In this document: positions 62,236 to 64,000 of the stretch, one piece after another
Position numbering within the stretch: the first letter of the stretch is position 1
Layout of the letters: each line of letters starts with the position of its first letter
Source: Octopus bimaculoides
Taxonomy: Eukaryota
DNA: 64,000 bases
Direction: 5' to 3'
Assembly (NCBI RefSeq): GCF_001194135.2
Contig: NC_069003.1
Span: 13,332,680-13,396,679 of the forward strand
Position numbers and translations under genes: made by a program
Notes under the pieces: generated by a model
Database searches by the model: none
What the model was told of the DNA's origin: nothing
What the model saw: only the letters and a program-made list of their open reading frames with translations

Positions 62236-64000
62236 ATAAAGAACATTGAAGTTAGCAACTTTCTTTTAATATATTGTTTACAATTGTTTCATCGGGTTCC
62301 AGTATAAACAACCTTGTGTCAAACATCTGCATTATATATCCAATTCATGAACTCTATATATTTGTGAATGTACACACCTGTTTGTGTGTGTGTTTGTGTT
62401 TATATATATGATGCACATATTGAAATCTACATTTTTTTTTTACATATTCAAGTGGCAGTATAATCATAATGATAATAATGATTCAAATTATTTTAAACAA
62501 GAAAGGCTTTTCCTTTCCCCAAGTTCATTACCATTGCGTGTATGTATTTATTATTCATGTATGTATATATATGTATATATATACAAGTTTGTATACGTGT
62601 GTGTTTCAGTCTATATATCATTCTGTCCTTCAATTTTTTCCTACCATGCCCTACTCTCTCTCTATTTGTCTCTCTTTTTTTTTTTTGTTTCTATCTTAAA
62701 CCTGTCACCTAATTGTCGGTTTTATCTTTTTGTTAAAGGTTTTCTGCAAAATCCTCACATTGTTCCCGAGTCTGGTCCACATTTCCATTATCAGGGTCCT
62801 AGCTGCCTCCTCAGTGGTAATGTGTGTTTTGTCTCATTCCATGACCTCTGCTGCTATAAATGTTGCTGCTGCTGCTACTACTACTACTGACCCTACCCAC
62901 CCATCCACCTCCAGTATCCTCTACCAACCACAACCCCCACTCTTCCACCTTACACTACCACCTCCCCCTCCTTTCCTGTGCTCTCCACCACCAATGTGGC
63001 CATTCGACGCGATGCTGATGCCAGTGCCCAAAAGTGCATTCATTATACAATTGTTTGAATGATGATAATGATATCATCCCACCCCCGCCTCCATCCCTTT
63101 TACCTTCATGCCATACACCACCACCACCACCACCACCATGTTTCATACAATGCTACCTATGACCTGATTACTGACCCACTGGTCCCTAAAAACAAATCCC
63201 CATTTCCCCCATTCCACTCTCTAAAAAAAATAAGCAAGAGGCCAAGAGGAATATGTCTGTTAATGTTATAATTATTATTATTATTATTAACATTATTATT
63301 AATGTTTTGTTAGACACTTGTTGTTATTATTATTATCATTATTTGATGGCATTATGTTTTGTTGTTTACATTTAGTTTTTATTTCCAAGTCTAGCAAAGC
63401 TTCAGAAATTACATTTTTCTTTTCTTTGCTTCATTTTCCTGTTTTTTTTTTCTAAGTACTCTCCCCCTCTGCTCTACAGATCTCCTGACATTTTGCAACT
63501 CATTTAGGTCTTTAAGGGATACCATTTGAAGAATTTAAGCTTGTTGTTTGTACCTGGAAATATGTCAGACTGGTTGGAACCCATCCTTGTTCCAAACTAT
63601 GAACTTGCAGAAAAGCACTTAGGCTCAGCGCCTGACATTTTACAGAACATTGGTTAATTACACACTGCTCCCTCCCACTGCAGACAGTTGTGTTCATCTT
63701 CATCTTATTTCCAAGTATTCCTACTTCCCCTGTTAATGTGAGCTAGCCATGCATCTCTTCTACAACAAGACACCTGTTCTTGCCCCTCTTTCATAGTTTA
63801 ACTTCACAGCACCTGGTATAAAACCATCTCTCCCTCCTTAATACCCCCTCACTTAGTCATGGGGGATTTTCTTTTCTTTTTCTGTCTTGCAACTTAGTTG
63901 GCAACCTCGCAACTTAGTTGGCAACCTCACTAATGTTGGTGCCATGAAAATAAGCACCCTGTACATACTGTAAAGTGGTTGGCATTAGGAAGGATATCTA

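Noticed and set aside
62730-63146. Proline/histidine-rich ORFs as a CHERP exon (CHERP has Pro-rich regions)
   Set aside because: Built from CCA/CAC/GCT low-complexity tracts, with no fitting phase-1 splice sites and no CHERP motif.
63474-63530. Strong acceptor (pyrimidine tract + CTACAG) as CHERP exon 3
   Set aside because: The phase-1 frame hits a stop within about 17 codons and shows no CHERP similarity.

Overview
AT-rich, repeat-dense eukaryotic genomic DNA with four N gaps. The SINE, RTE-LINE and microsatellite landscape suggests a coleoid cephalopod, probably Octopus (inference). The only gene I can support is the 5' end of CHERP (SURP-domain splicing factor) on the + strand: exon 1 CDS 6628-6652 (MDIPNPPE) and exon 2 24749-24919, separated by an 18.1-kb intron. 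I could not find exon 3, so almost everything after 24919 is probably intron 2. The rest is a nested collection of decayed mobile elements. These include Tc1 and mariner transposase relics; hAT-, piggyBac-, Tigger-, Tc1/mariner- and Merlin-type MITEs with TIRs and/or TSDs; a non-autonomous Helitron; several RTE LINE fragments; an R4/Dong-type fragment in an (AAT)n tract; Penelope-type hammerhead remnants; and dozens of tRNA-derived SINEs. The most notable observations are a near-duplicate of the exon 2 splice donor 209 nt downstream (possible poison splice event), two long intronic fold-back repeats (possible ADAR substrates), near-identical inverted repeats bracketing the frame-symmetric exon 2, and a duplicated palindrome-bearing element split by a TTAGGG-containing Merlin-like MITE near the promoter. 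No wholly novel multi-gene system is evident. Identities were estimated by eye and no searches were run.
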